A stretch of DNA of 64,000 nt from an uncultured Chloroflexia bacterium. GTDB lineage: Bacteria; Chloroflexota; Anaerolineae; Anaerolineales; UBA4823. Position numbers and translations under genes: made by a program. Below the pieces are notes generated by a model, which ran no database searches, was not told where the DNA came from, and saw only the letters and a program-made list of their open reading frames with translations. Positions 46,863 through 57,200 of this stretch are shown here, piece after piece (the stretch's first letter is position 1; every line of letters starts with the position of its first letter). The stretch is taken from contig CAWCPR010000019.1 of NCBI GenBank assembly GCA_963797475.1, positions 186,987 through 250,986 of the forward strand, in the 5' to 3' direction.

Positions 46863-48053
46863 ATGTCTGCAACTGTGCTGATCGTCGACGATGAAGAAAA
46901 TGCAAGGCTTCATATCGGCTCATTTTTAACTTCACGCGGCTACGAAATCACTGGTGTCGCCACACTCGATGAAGCTCGCCAATCCTTAATGCGTGGCAAT
47001 GCGGACATTATCTTATTGGATGTACAATTGCCGGATGGGTATGGTCCAAGTTTACTGGAAGAGACAGCGCACTTACCGATGCGCCCGCCAATAATTCTTA
47101 TCACTGCCTATGGGGATATTGATATGGCAGTAGATGCAATGAAAATGGGTGCGATTGACTTCCTACAAAAACCGATACGGCTGGCGCAATTAGAAAAATC
47201 GATCCAACGCGCCTCCGAAATAGTTGCACTGCACCGGGAACTCGCTCACCTTCGACATGCCCGCAATGAAAATCTGGATTTCATAGTAGGGAAGAGCGCC
47301 AAAATGAAAGAATTGATCAATTATACGCAAAGAGCTGCTGCCGCAACTGTTTCCGTATTGATCACTGGGGAAACAGGCACAGGTAAGGAAGTTCTTGCGA
47401 TTGCCATTCACCAGGCAGGTCCCAGGGCAAACAAACCATTTATCGCAATTAACTGCGCTGCCATTCAAAGCACGGTTTTGGAATCCGAGCTATTTGGTTA
47501 TGAGGCTGGCGCATTCACCGGGGCCGATAAACGTAAACATGGGTTGTTGGAAGTCGCGGATGGTGGAATTATTTTCCTGGACGAAATTTCATCCATGCCC
47601 ATCGATATGCAAGCTAAATTATTGCGAGTGCTGGAGGAGCGTGCGTTCCGGCGTGTGGGCGGTACGAATCTGATCAAAGTCGACGTACAGGTTTTAGCAG
47701 CCTCAAACCGCGATCTTCCGACATTATTGGCTGAGGCCAAATTCCGTGAGGATCTTTACTACCGACTAAAAGTCGTCGATTTGCATTTGCCGCCGCTGCG
47801 TGATCGCCGTGAGGATATCCCCGAGCTGGTTGGATTGTTCATCCGTAAGTTCAACCCCCAAATGGGCTTAAACATCACCGATGTTACCCCAAGGGCGATG
47901 TGTGCATTGATGGATCATAACTGGCCAGGCAACATCCGAGAGCTTCGTAATGTGATTGAACGTGCCATGCTGTTTTGTGATGAAGCTTCTATTGATCTCT
48001 CCCATTTGCCCATAGAGATTGCCAAACCAAACAACGGTTCAAAATCTGAATGA
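46863..48053 (+). CDS. sigma-54-dependent response regulator (REC + AAA+), lacking a C-terminal HTH DNA-binding domain
   Basis: REC is LIVDDEEN...DIILLDVQLPDG. AAA+ motifs are GETGTGKE, ESELFGYEAGAFTGA and IFLDEI. The protein ends 396 aa, about 25 aa after NWPGNIRELRNVIERA. Confidence 0.9.
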   Translation: MSATVLIVDDEENARLHIGSFLTSRGYEITGVATLDEARQSLMRGNADIILLDVQLPDGYGPSLLEETAHLPMRPPIILITAYGDIDMAVDAMKMGAIDFLQKPIRLAQLEKSIQRASEIVALHRELAHLRHARNENLDFIVGKSAKMKELINYTQRAAAATVSVLITGETGTGKEVLAIAIHQAGPRANKPFIAINCAAIQSTVLESELFGYEAGAFTGADKRKHGLLEVADGGIIFLDEISSMPIDMQAKLLRVLEERAFRRVGGTNLIKVDVQVLAASNRDLPTLLAEAKFREDLYYRLKVVDLHLPPLRDRREDIPELVGLFIRKFNPQMGLNITDVTPRAMCALMDHNWPGNIRELRNVIERAMLFCDEASIDLSHLPIEIAKPNNGSKSE

Positions 48054-48060
48054 TCCAAAC

Positions 48061-49569
48061 TCAAGGCTCGTTCCAAATCACATAGCTGTCCATATAACAA
48101 TATTTCTCCGTATTCCGAGTCGGTATACATACCTGGAACGCGATTAAAGTCCCGTTCTTTGCTGGAATTGGGGGGATGATAAGGTGCGATTGGCCGTTCA
48201 CACCTGTAAGCGGCATACGAAATTGCAGCCGGTCTCCCTCCGGCGGCATGACCGTCAATACAGGCTCCAAGTTGGTCAGGGGGACATTATTTTCCATCAC
48301 ACTTACCCAGATATCTTGCTCCTGATCAGATTGAACTAACTGGTGTGTCGCCCACACTTGCATACGGAGCTCACGTTCTGCTGGAGTAGGCATCTGAGGT
48401 GGCTGAGTGATTTTCGGTTGAACGTTTTTTTCCGTGCTTTCAGCCATTGTCAGGTGAAAGAAAAGCGCTTTATAGGTGTATCCAAGCGGCTCGGGGCGAA
48501 TGTCACCGTCTTGATTGGTGTTCAGGCAAAAGTTTTGGAAACACTGGCGAGATGTGTTATTTTCTATTGCCTTGAGCTCGGAAAGCGGCGCTCCCGAAAC
48601 CTCAATTCCCCCATGTTCTGTGATGTAATCCAGGAAGAATAATGGCACATTATGACCTAAATCACCTTGTATAGGGTAAAAAAACATGTTTGGATCGTTG
48701 CTGGGTAAAACCACGGGCTCTGGAGGATCTCCTATATCTTCAACAATATTCCGCAAAGTGACGATATTGTGGTCGTTCAGATCGACTGTCAACACAACAT
48801 TTTCGAATATTTGTTCCCCCTTGCCATCCTGGGCGATAAAAGCATCGGTAAGGGGGAAGCCCGTGAAATCCTTTCCAAAATTCTTGACCAAATTCTCGAA
48901 ATAAGAGTTGACTTTGGGAGGCGCTTCCAGAATGTTGTTTAATACTCCAGTATCTCGACATTGCTGGTTACAGTTCCAGGCTCCGTAGGGTAAAAGGCGC
49001 GCTTTTTCAGGAGAATCGCCTTCCGCGATGTAAAAGCCCAAATTCTCAAAATACTGTTCATAACGCTTTTTTTCGGGATTGTAATGCACTTCCGTCAGAG
49101 GTTTTCCAACTGTAAAGTCGCCGCCCAGTTTCTCGTATAAATTAATGAAATTCTGGAATAATATGTGACCGCCAACAAAAACAGCATCCGATCGTGTTGG
49201 CCTTGAAACCGGGGGTTCTGAAAAACCCATGACTTCGCCTAAAGGAGCCAGGTAAGTTCGTTTTGATCCAGAAAGCTTTGGGTCGAAAACCATCAAACCG
49301 CCAATGGTATATTGGCAGCGGACATCTCCCTGCGCAATAATTAATGAAATCGGCTCGCCTAAGGTCTCTGGTCCATTTAGCTTGTCATAAAACTCGCGAA
49401 ATAAGGGGTCAACCCGGTAAGAACTCTCTGCGGCTTGCGTTTCTATCGGAACAGAGGGCGCTTGATCGCATCCCAATACGATCAAAGCGAGGAGAATCAG
49501 CGTGAGCACCGCAAAATTTTTATAGGGGATTCTGGCAAACGGGAATGGCAAATTTATTCTCCACTCCAA
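48061..49569 (-). CDS. secreted lipoprotein with four internal ~45-aa repeats; function unknown
   Basis: Lipobox LIVLGC. Repeated pattern is F..F/Y...(L)GG....(L/V)G.P(L/I)(S/T)...Q.F.N, four times. Confidence 0.6.
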   Translation of the reverse strand: MEWRINLPFPFARIPYKNFAVLTLILLALIVLGCDQAPSVPIETQAAESSYRVDPLFREFYDKLNGPETLGEPISLIIAQGDVRCQYTIGGLMVFDPKLSGSKRTYLAPLGEVMGFSEPPVSRPTRSDAVFVGGHILFQNFINLYEKLGGDFTVGKPLTEVHYNPEKKRYEQYFENLGFYIAEGDSPEKARLLPYGAWNCNQQCRDTGVLNNILEAPPKVNSYFENLVKNFGKDFTGFPLTDAFIAQDGKGEQIFENVVLTVDLNDHNIVTLRNIVEDIGDPPEPVVLPSNDPNMFFYPIQGDLGHNVPLFFLDYITEHGGIEVSGAPLSELKAIENNTSRQCFQNFCLNTNQDGDIRPEPLGYTYKALFFHLTMAESTEKNVQPKITQPPQMPTPAERELRMQVWATHQLVQSDQEQDIWVSVMENNVPLTNLEPVLTVMPPEGDRLQFRMPLTGVNGQSHLIIPPIPAKNGTLIAFQVCIPTRNTEKYCYMDSYVIWNEP

Positions 49570-49676
49570 ATTTTCTTGTTTGGTATCGGCACAATATTAA
49601 ATGCACCCAAAACCTGCTCCCCTTTAATTCAACGAGATGACTGAGGCAGGAATATTATATCTCGGACTGAGATTTT

Positions 49677-49692
49677 TGGCACGCCTCTTGCA
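49677..49692 (+). promoter_or_regulatory. sigma-54 promoter, perfect core consensus TGGCACG-N4-TTGCA
   Basis: Read directly as gatttTTGGCACGCCTCTTGCActaaat. It is intergenic, oriented toward the ORF at 49809, and ends 116 nt before its ATG. Confidence 0.65.
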
Positions 49693-49808
49693 CTAAATCA
49701 ATAAGAATCTCTTATTAGCGTTGGATGCTCCTGGCGTATCGCGCATAAAGATGAAAAGATATTCATCCCATAGAGAGATGAATTTAACCCTTTCCAAGAC
49801 AGGCTCTC

Positions 49809-51179
49809 ATGATCTCACAAAGCTTACTCTCCACTACTTCCCGACTGGGATTTCATTATTTTCCCGATACAGTACATTATCGGGAGATCGATTTACATAC
49901 CTGGCTTCCTGAATTGAAGTCTCTGGGCAGCGCGTGGATAACCCTGGTTTCCCCTTTGGAAAGAGCCATACCGGAATATTTCCTGCGCGGTCTCTTGGAT
50001 GCAGGGATTGAACCCATCCTCCACTTTCCCGTAATGGTAGACACGCCGAACCTCTACCCTTCCTTGCAGCTCTTATTCAAAAATTATTCCCGCTGGGGTG
50101 TTCGCTTTGTTACACTTTTCGACCGTCCAAACATTCGAGCAGCCTGGTCCCCCAAGACTTGGACGCAAAGCGACCTGGTTGAGCGATTTCTCGATATTTA
50201 CCTGCCGCTAGCCGACCTGACTTTGAAAAGTGGCTTGACGCCCGTTTTTCCGCCTTTGGAGCCTGGAGGGGATTATTGGGATGTGGCTTTCCTCCAAGCC
50301 GCACTGCGCGGCATCCGCCGGCGCGGTCGCGCTAAACTGCTGGATGCGCTTACCTTGGGGGCTTACGCCTGGGCTGGAAACCGTTCACTAAACTGGGGGG
50401 CTGGGGGTCCCGAACGTTGGCCGTCTGCGCGTCCTTACTCGACTTCAACTAGGGTACAGGATCAGCGCGGTTTCAGGATTTTCGATTGGTATTTGACCAT
50501 TGCAAAGGCCGAACTTGGCCAACCCAAACAGATCCTGCTGTTAAAATCTGGGAGCCTGCTCGGCGACCACAACAATCCTGACCAGCCAGTGATAGATCAA
50601 AACACCCATTCGGAACGCAGCCTGGAAATTGCTCGTTTGATGGCCGGAGAGACAATCTCATCCCAAGACGGCCTTTTAGAATCCGTTCCTGCAGAAGTCA
50701 TCGCCTGTAATTACTGGCTGTTGTCCACCGATGCCAGCAGTTCAGCCGCCTCTCATGCATGGTTCCATCCGATTAATGGCCCCGTCTCGGCGGTGAACAC
50801 GCTGCATCATTGGTTGGCGAGCCGTGCAAAGATCACCAGTCAATTCGACATCCAGGGGACGTCCGGACAACCTGGCTCGAAACAAATCTCATCCTTTTTA
50901 GTTTCGACCGACCCCGAATCATCCCACCCAATCGCCCACTATCTTCTTCTTCCCGTTTACGAATGGGGCATTCACGATTGGCATCTGGACATTGTCCGCC
51001 CTTTCATCGAAAAAAACCATCCGACAGTTGGGTTCTCGATTATGGAGGCCTGCCTGGCCGCGCGGGTGACCGTAGTTGGTGGAGTTCAAGCCTTCCCAGA
51101 AGAAACTCTAGAAGTCCTCCGCTCCGCAGGCTGCCATGTAGAACGAATCATCGCAGATGGCACGGTTATTGCAACATAG
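49809..51179 (+). CDS. conserved hypothetical protein (456 aa), immediately upstream of ftsZ
   Basis: Long ORF with ordinary composition and no motif I can name. There is a 53-nt gap to ftsZ on the same strand. Confidence 0.6.
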   Translation: MISQSLLSTTSRLGFHYFPDTVHYREIDLHTWLPELKSLGSAWITLVSPLERAIPEYFLRGLLDAGIEPILHFPVMVDTPNLYPSLQLLFKNYSRWGVRFVTLFDRPNIRAAWSPKTWTQSDLVERFLDIYLPLADLTLKSGLTPVFPPLEPGGDYWDVAFLQAALRGIRRRGRAKLLDALTLGAYAWAGNRSLNWGAGGPERWPSARPYSTSTRVQDQRGFRIFDWYLTIAKAELGQPKQILLLKSGSLLGDHNNPDQPVIDQNTHSERSLEIARLMAGETISSQDGLLESVPAEVIACNYWLLSTDASSSAASHAWFHPINGPVSAVNTLHHWLASRAKITSQFDIQGTSGQPGSKQISSFLVSTDPESSHPIAHYLLLPVYEWGIHDWHLDIVRPFIEKNHPTVGFSIMEACLAARVTVVGGVQAFPEETLEVLRSAGCHVERIIADGTVIAT

Positions 51180-51232
51180 CTATTACCAAAGTACTGCGAG
51201 ACTAATAATTACCAAGAGCGAAAGGGATCACA

Positions 51233-52393
51233 ATGACCGACTTTTCATTATCCGGATCAATCCAACCGAGCCTGGATGGCATTCACAAACCCGTACTGAA
51301 GGTACTTGGCCTGGGCGGCGGAGGCAGCAACGCAGTCGGCCGGATGATTGAACTTGGCCTGACCGGCGTCGAGTTTATCGCGGCAAACACAGACCACCAG
51401 GCGCTGCTGACCAATCCTGCCCCTGTCAAAATCCAGCTCGGTCCGAAGGTCACGCGTGGGCTGGGTGCAGGAGGCAATCCAAGCGTTGGACAGGCAGCAG
51501 CGATTGAAAGCGCTCGAGAAATCGCTGCCGCGCTGCGCGGCGCCGACATGGTATTCCTAACCGCAGGCATGGGCGGCGGAACAGGCACCGGCTCTATCCC
51601 GGTCGCAGCAGAAATAGCGAGAGCTTTAGGAGCTGTCACGATTGCGATCGTGACCACGCCCTTCTCTTTCGAAATGGGGCGCCGGCAGCGCAATGCGAGT
51701 GAAGGATTGGCCAAGCTTCGCCAACAAACGAATACGCTCATCGCCATCCCCAATGATCGTCTGCTTTATGTGGCGCCGCGCAACCTGTCGTTGGAGACAG
51801 CTTTTCGCCTGGCGGACGATGTCTTACGCCAATCTGTGCAAGGTATTGCAGAGCTCATCACAGAACCTGGAATGATCAATGTTGATTTTTCGCACATTCG
51901 GCGTCTGATCCGCCTGGGAGGTGGCGCATTGATGGCGATTGGACAGGGACAGGGAGAAACCAAAACACACGACGCCTTAGATCAGGCGCTGCACCACCCG
52001 TTATTGGAATCGATCTCGCTGGAAAACGCGGCTGGTGTTATTGCTAACTTCACCGGCGGGCCTGATCTGACGTTGGCGGAAGTGGAAGAAGCCTTGACTC
52101 ATCTACAATCAGAGACCGGTGTTCAAACTGAGATCGTTTTGGGAGTTATCAACGATGACCGAATGGAAGACCGAGTCCAAACAATTCTGGTCATCACCGG
52201 GCTCGGAGCGCCAACATTGGAAGAAGCTTTATCCAGCGTAAAAAAGGCTCAACCACAGCCGAAACAAGAACCTACGCCAGTCCAACCCGAGGCGCCTCAA
52301 TCTGAAACTGCGTACCAACCGGAGCTTGCGGTCAACTCTCAGAACCTGGATGTCCCGGCATTCATCCGCCGCCGGAGCCGGTTAACGAACTGA
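51233..52393 (+). CDS. ftsZ: cell division GTPase FtsZ
   Basis: GLGGGGSNAV and GMGGGTGTG tubulin signature. C-terminal peptide is DVPAFIRRR. Confidence 0.95.
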   Translation: MTDFSLSGSIQPSLDGIHKPVLKVLGLGGGGSNAVGRMIELGLTGVEFIAANTDHQALLTNPAPVKIQLGPKVTRGLGAGGNPSVGQAAAIESAREIAAALRGADMVFLTAGMGGGTGTGSIPVAAEIARALGAVTIAIVTTPFSFEMGRRQRNASEGLAKLRQQTNTLIAIPNDRLLYVAPRNLSLETAFRLADDVLRQSVQGIAELITEPGMINVDFSHIRRLIRLGGGALMAIGQGQGETKTHDALDQALHHPLLESISLENAAGVIANFTGGPDLTLAEVEEALTHLQSETGVQTEIVLGVINDDRMEDRVQTILVITGLGAPTLEEALSSVKKAQPQPKQEPTPVQPEAPQSETAYQPELAVNSQNLDVPAFIRRRSRLTN

Positions 52394-52442
52394 TCATCCG
52401 ATTTATCAACAATCGCAGATTTCTTCAGCTAACTGCTTAAAT

Positions 52443-52688
52443 ATGGACAAGGAACAAATCCAATCCATCAGTAATGTAATCTATCGCCGATTCCCAGAAT
52501 TTGCCGGCACTCGTCCGACAGTAAAGCCACAAAAAATGGCTTCAGTAATTCCTGGGGATTCAACCGGCACATACCTGCTGACTTTTCAAAAGAAAGCCAG
52601 CCTCCCTGGGAACAAAACCCTGTCTCGTTGGGTACGAGTTGTCGCCAACGAGCAGGGGAAAATTCTCAAAATAACCACCTCACGCTGA
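52443..52688 (+). CDS. hypothetical small protein (81 aa)
   Basis: ORF directly downstream of ftsZ. No recognisable motif. Confidence 0.35.
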   Translation: MDKEQIQSISNVIYRRFPEFAGTRPTVKPQKMASVIPGDSTGTYLLTFQKKASLPGNKTLSRWVRVVANEQGKILKITTSR

Positions 52689-52714
52689 AACTCGTTTGTA
52701 ATGAGAGAAAAACC

Positions 52715-52936
52715 ATGAATATCACTCAAATTCCACAGCGTATTGAGCTAGTATTCTGGACAACGATCATTCCATTGATGAAGGATTCGCCTCGCTTTCG
52801 AAAAATGCTGCGAGATTTTTACCAGTTCCTTGACAAAATGGACCGGCTGTTCTTTTATCTGCAGTTCGTCAGCTGGGGGATCGCCGGCCTTGCACTAGGA
52901 TTTTTAGCGGGCTTTCTCTTTTTGGCAGTACGATGA
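52715..52936 (+). CDS. hypothetical small membrane protein (73 aa)
   Basis: The internal ATG at 52715 avoids overlap with the preceding ORF. C-terminal TM is WGIAGLALGFLAGFLFLAV. ATGA overlap with the next gene. Confidence 0.4.
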   Translation: MNITQIPQRIELVFWTTIIPLMKDSPRFRKMLRDFYQFLDKMDRLFFYLQFVSWGIAGLALGFLAGFLFLAVR

Positions 52937-53706
52937 TCATGCGCTGGGTTAAGAAATTCCCCTTTCTCTTTATATTCATTACTTGCCTTCTCCTCGGGCT
53001 GGCAGCAGGATCTTCTTTTGGGCTGACAAATAAGATCATTAAATCGAAGGCTCAATCCGATGTTCAGACAGCGCAGGAGGCAAAAATCCCCTCGGTTACC
53101 CCAAATGGCCAGAGAAATCTGCTGGTCATCGGGGTCGACCTTCTGGATTTTAAGACCCCACGCTTAGAGAGCGTGTGGTTGGTGCTTTATTCTCCTGCGG
53201 CCCCAAGCCTGACCCTGCTTCCATTGTTCCCGGCGTCCCTTGAAGGCGGCCCGGCACGCGATGAATATCTAGAAGAAAATTTCAAGCTAGATGAAAATGG
53301 ATCATTAGGGCAAGATTTTAAAGCCGCGCTGATATCGAAGGACTTGTGGTGGAGTAATTATGCTGTCATTGATGAAGTTGGCCTGGCTGAATTGATCGAC
53401 ATGGTTGGAGGCGCTCGCGAGAATAATGAGCCGGTGAGTGGCTTGAGATTGGTTGCAGCCGCAACGCCTCCATGGGAGAACCGCCAGACAGCTTTGCGTG
53501 ATCAATCGCAAATTTTAGAGCAGCTTTGCCAGGTTTCAAGTGAGCCATTAATTGTGTCACAACCTGGGCATATCCTGGAACTGTTCGACCAACACCTGGT
53601 CACAGACCTGGCGCCCGATCTTGTGGTCTCCATTTGGCGAGATATCCACGCATCGGGCTACCGGTTTTGTAAGATCATCGCCCAACAATACTCCATTGAC
53701 CCATGA
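52933..53706 (+). CDS. LCP (LytR/CpsA/Psr)-like membrane-anchored protein, divergent
   Basis: N-terminal TM present. NLLVIGVD...RLESVWLVLYSP...LTLLPLFP and YAVIDEVGLAELIDMVGG resemble LCP core blocks. Confidence 0.5.
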   Translation: MIMRWVKKFPFLFIFITCLLLGLAAGSSFGLTNKIIKSKAQSDVQTAQEAKIPSVTPNGQRNLLVIGVDLLDFKTPRLESVWLVLYSPAAPSLTLLPLFPASLEGGPARDEYLEENFKLDENGSLGQDFKAALISKDLWWSNYAVIDEVGLAELIDMVGGARENNEPVSGLRLVAAATPPWENRQTALRDQSQILEQLCQVSSEPLIVSQPGHILELFDQHLVTDLAPDLVVSIWRDIHASGYRFCKIIAQQYSIDP

Positions 53707-53752
53707 CACTGCAAAGTGTCGCTCTCCTAAATACAAACAACCTTGGAACGCA

Positions 53753-53783
53753 CTCGGCGGAGAAAACCGCCGAGTTCTCACTT
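53753..53783 (+). terminator. rho-independent terminator candidate after the LCP-like gene
   Basis: CTCGGCGG-AGAAAA-CCGCCGAG forms a perfect 8-bp stem followed by TTCTCACTT. Confidence 0.5.
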
Positions 53784-53852
53784 GGAACGCCATAGGGACA
53801 ATTTGAATTGAGCTGGATCAGTCAAAGAGAAAATCTTCTACGGATACCAACG

Positions 53853-53868
53853 AGGCATAATTCTTGCA
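53853..53868 (+). promoter_or_regulatory. sigma-54-type promoter candidate AGGCAT-N5-TTGCA upstream of the TM/TPR/protease operon
   Basis: GG at 53854-55 and GC at 53866-67 have canonical spacing. It ends 33 nt before ATG 53902. The predicted start site falls just before the GGAAGGAGG SD. Confidence 0.45.
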
Positions 53869-53901
53869 CCACTACGATTGGGAAGGAGGCAGATTAAACT
53901 C

Positions 53902-54231
53902 ATGCTAACGCCTTACACCTTACTTTTGATCATGACTTTGATTTTGTTCTTGTTAGGACTGGCGACATTCATCACCGGGGTCTTGATCCTGGCGCTGCGC
54001 GCACCGGGCCGTGAAATTCAAACCCTGGCTACACAAACCACTCGCCTGGCTCAAAAAGGCCTGGCCCAAGAGGTCAGCGGATTGGTTGGCAATGCATCGA
54101 GCCTGTTAAGTGTTATCAACCAACTCGTTTTGACCACTTCAGGGGTGGGAGCATTTATCACTTTGCTCGGCTTGTTGATCATGGGCGCGGCCTGCTGGTT
54201 AGCATTCAAGATATTTCAGGTGCCGCTATGA
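53902..54231 (+). CDS. small two/three-TM membrane protein (109 aa), first gene of the TPR operon
   Basis: Hydrophobic segments LLLIMTLILFLLGLATFITGVLILAL and GAFITLLGLLIMGAACWLAF. ATGA overlap with the next gene. Confidence 0.5.
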   Translation: MLTPYTLLLIMTLILFLLGLATFITGVLILALRAPGREIQTLATQTTRLAQKGLAQEVSGLVGNASSLLSVINQLVLTTSGVGAFITLLGLLIMGAACWLAFKIFQVPL

Positions 54232-57200
54232 CCTCCTCACATCACCTGGTTGAATTAAAAAAGAAATTTCCGGGAGAAGTCTGGAATTGGCTCGTTTTGT
54301 CTTTGAGACAGGACCCTTCTATCTGGAACCAGCTTGAAGACACCGACTTTGGCAGGAGTGCCCTGGAAGAATTGACCAACCAGCCTGAAGATTGGTCGCC
54401 GGCTTCTCTGGCGCTTTTAGATATGCATTACTCGGCGCCTCGCAACGCGCTTTTTTCTGAGCCTATGCCTCCGCTGACACCACCTTTGAAAAGGATGGCA
54501 AATCAGGCTTACCAGGGATGGATTGCGAAACAACCCACCGGCGCGACCAGACTGGCACAGGCCGGCCTGATTGCGTTGTATCTGCGAGAACAACGGATAG
54601 AAAATGGGAGCTGGCAGGACGTATGCATCGAAATTCTGCTTCGATCTGAACAAAATACTCAACTTACAAGTACCATACTGGCATGTTTGTTCGGCATGAT
54701 ATCCGACCCAGTGGATCTTCTGTCTAATTTAATAGTGAGTGAAGTTCCAGGAATTGTCCCTTCAAAAAAATCCAATTTGGCAGTCCAAATGGTTCTCAGC
54801 AATCCCCTGCTACCTGAGGAACAGGGGCGAATATTCTCTCAATCGTTAGGGAAAATAAACCTGGATCAGCAACTGGCTGTTCTAAAAGCGTTGAGAGAAC
54901 AGCGTCAATCTCTCGCAGTCCAGCTAACTAAAGCCCTGGCAGAAAATAGCATTAATTTAGATCAAAAATCCGGTAACGAACCAGGCAGCCAGGAATTTGG
55001 CAGATCTGCATCCGATCTGCTGAAGAGATTGACGAAACTGGTAGAGACGTCAGAGATTTGCCGGTTAGGAGCTCAACCAACCCTTTTTATCCCAACGGCC
55101 AAAGACGCAATCGCACTGACTCGTCACATACAAGCTTTTCTGGCCGATCAGGTTGGCCAGACCGCCCTGCTATCCGGAGAAAATAACGAGGCAATCGAAG
55201 CCTGGAAGCAAGCTACTCAAATTGATCCAGGAAACTCACTGTATGCTGCCGGTCTCGCTAAAGCTTTAATCCGTTCCGGTCGCAGCGAGGATGCGCAAGC
55301 GTATCTGACTACAGTCCATTCTGAATTGCACCAACCGCTGCATCCCGCTATTCAACTGGCAACTTTGATGGCGATATCCAGCCAAAATCAACCCGAGCTG
55401 GTAAAAACTGGCGCAACGAACGTCGCCAAAACCATCCTCGCTGGCTACGAATTGGAGAGTTACGAAAATTCAGCCAGTTATAGCGATGACCTGAAATCCC
55501 TGTGTCACCTCCTGCTCGAATTAGGTCTTAATAACGAAGCGGCTCAAATAGCCGAGTTTATCCTGACAAAACATCCGAACGATCCTATTTTCCTGGAAAT
55601 ATTTGCCCGGGCATTGTATTCCAACGGGTTGTTTTCAAAAGCGCTCGCCCCTGCACTGGTGTTGGTAGTTTTAGAGCCAGAAAACCTTTCATTGCGGAAT
55701 TTATTCGTCGATATTTTGGAAGGTTCACAAGAATGGACCACAGCGTTGAATGAACGTAAAGCGATTCTCGAACAATCCGAAGTCCATTCCTTGAAAGAAA
55801 TCCACGACTTGGCAAAATGCGCTCTCAATGCAGGCGATATAGAACAAGCCCTCCAGGCTTGTGAGAATGCCTTGGAGATGGATCCCAAAAATGGCGCTAT
55901 TTTCGCAACCTTAGGCCGGGTGAGGATTGCCCTTGGCGACAACGAGCAAGCGATGGGCGAATTCCAGCAAGCGACACAGCTTGCCCCTCACCAGGCAGAG
56001 ACCTGGCTGGCCTATGCAGAAGCATACTGTGCGACCGGACAGCCAGCGAAAGCCTTGGAGATCCTGCGCACAGCAAGTCTTGCCACACCTAACGATCCCC
56101 AAATTCACCTCGCTCTTGGAAAATCGTATCTGGAAGAGAAATCCCCTACCCAGGCTCTTACTTCTTTCCGCCAGGCAGCAGCCTTGCTCAACTACAAAAG
56201 CGCTCCACCATCCAGCGGAACAGGTGAAAAAGATGTGAAATCCACACCAGAAGGGCCACCTTCCAGATTGGCCCTCCAAATCGCTTACCATTTAGGTGAA
56301 ACATTGCATCAACTGGGGCATTTGGAAGAAGCCCGCCAGGTGCTTGAAGAAGCATATTCGAAAGCGCAAGGGAATCCTGACCTTGCCTATGCCTATGCGA
56401 AAATCTTGTTAGATCTCGACGAAGATAAAGCAGCATTACCAGCGCTTAAAGTTATCGTAAAGTCAAAACCAGAAAGCCCAACCCCATATCTGGAATATGC
56501 ACGCGCTTTATTAGCCGCAGACGAACAACCTCAACGGGCATTAACCCTGCTGAATCACGTTTTGAAATCGAGCGAAAACATGCCGGCGGTTTCCCAAGAG
56601 GCTCAGGCGTTACTCGGCGAAGCATACGCAGCCGCCGGCAATCTTGCAAAGGCGCGTGAGGCTTTCCGGCAAGCGCTCGATTCTCCAATCGCCCAAGAAC
56701 CTTCCTGGCGGGCGCGTCTTTCCATGGGCTTTGGCAAGGTCAACTTGTTGCTTGGCCAGGTTGAGACGGCATTAGCCGCCTTACAGGAGGCTGTCTCGTT
56801 CGGATCGCAAGACGCACGCATCCATCGCAGCCTCTCAGAGGCATATCTTGAATCCGGATTGATCACAGAATCCTTCCAGGCTGCCCATGAAGCGTTGAAA
56901 CTAGAGCCATCTGATCTGGCTAACCTGACCTGGTTTGTCTCACAAGCGCTTCGCATTCACGAACAGCCAGGAGGTATCCAACTCACCGCAGAAGAAGATG
57001 CGATCCAGGCTCTCAAACGTGCAACCCAGTTAGCCCCAGAGCGCGGCGACCTGCTTATCCGGCTGGGGGAGCTCGAGCTGCGCGAAGGCAACTCGCAGGC
57101 CGCACTGGACGCATTTAACCGGTTGGCTGCGATCCCCAAGGCGCTGGATTCAGATCTATACCAGGCGGCCATCCAACTCCGCCAGCTAGGGTCGAGCGAG

